Assembly: GCA_002269645.1 (NCBI GenBank) | Contig: NIVC01000067.1 | Coordinates: forward strand, 248,001 to 312,000 | Length of the DNA: 64,000 bases | Reading direction: 5' to 3' | From: Macrostomum lignano | Lineage: Eukaryota | Part shown: positions 63,436 to 64,000 of the stretch, one piece after another | Position numbering within the stretch: position 1 is the stretch's first letter | How the letters are laid out: the number at the start of each line of letters is the position of its first letter | Made by a program: the position numbers and the translations under genes | Notes under the pieces: model-generated | Databases searched by the model: none | The model's input: the letters and a program-made list of their open reading frames with translations, nothing else | What the model was told of the DNA's origin: nothing

Positions 63436-64000
63436 CTGCTCTGCTCTGATTATTTATCACAACGTGCTGCGGTTTTCAAATGTTAATTTGATTGACATTT
63501 GAAAGGCTCGTCCAAGGCTCGGCTGCCATACTCTTGTCTTACAGAAATTAAGACTAATGTCTATAGGCCCCTAACTTATTTACATGTTAACTTACATGTT
63601 AAGTAGGAGTCGAATTTCTTGTTCAACCGTTACAATATAGTTATCTGCGAATTTTGCATGCATGTATTGTATTGTATGCAAATTATAATATAGCATAAAA
63701 CTGTAACTTATAAAATGGAAATGTGAAGCAGTTTGAGAGTTGTTTCTAGTAGGTCTAGGATTTTATTTTATTAAAAACTTAATTTCATAGGCTCTGGAAA
63801 ATATAAATTTGTATTTTTATACTTTTTCTTTGGAAGTCACCAGGCCTAGCTATTGCTATTATCTTGACATTAAAGGCTAAATTATTTATTTAGTAAACCT
63901 GTTTGCCATGTCTTGTTTTCATAAAAACTAAACAAAATTGTCTAAAAATGAAATCTTTCTATTAGATAAAATAATACTGTTTGGCTAAAAGGCCTAGGCC

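Overview
Eukaryotic (metazoan) genomic DNA with six intron-containing gene models plus three small paralogues, set in very dense micro/minisatellite arrays and small DNA-transposon relics. GC-rich exons, repeat-filled introns and poly-Q/poly-A tracts suggest a free-living flatworm such as Macrostomum (inference, not verified). Plus strand: Bicaudal-D (14692-22019, 5 coding exons) and OGG1 (27482-29542, 3 exons). OGG1 has no in-frame ATG and starts exactly at a splice acceptor. Minus strand: two tandem paralogues encoding ubiquitin-like(LRLxGG)-single-zinc RING-IBR-Rcat proteins (31594-34121, 39151-43135), casein kinase I alpha (46086-52031, 6 exons) and three tandem Cys/Pro/Ala-repeat genes (53013-57136). 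Most long ORFs in the supplied track are artefacts of stop-free tandem repeats. The best leads are the Ubl-GG/RBR E3 pair, the CxP-repeat family, the probable use of a spliced-leader AUG by OGG1, and CpG-free first introns. Exon coordinates were derived by hand from GT-AG sites and frame continuity. All family calls rest on recalled motifs, with no database searches.
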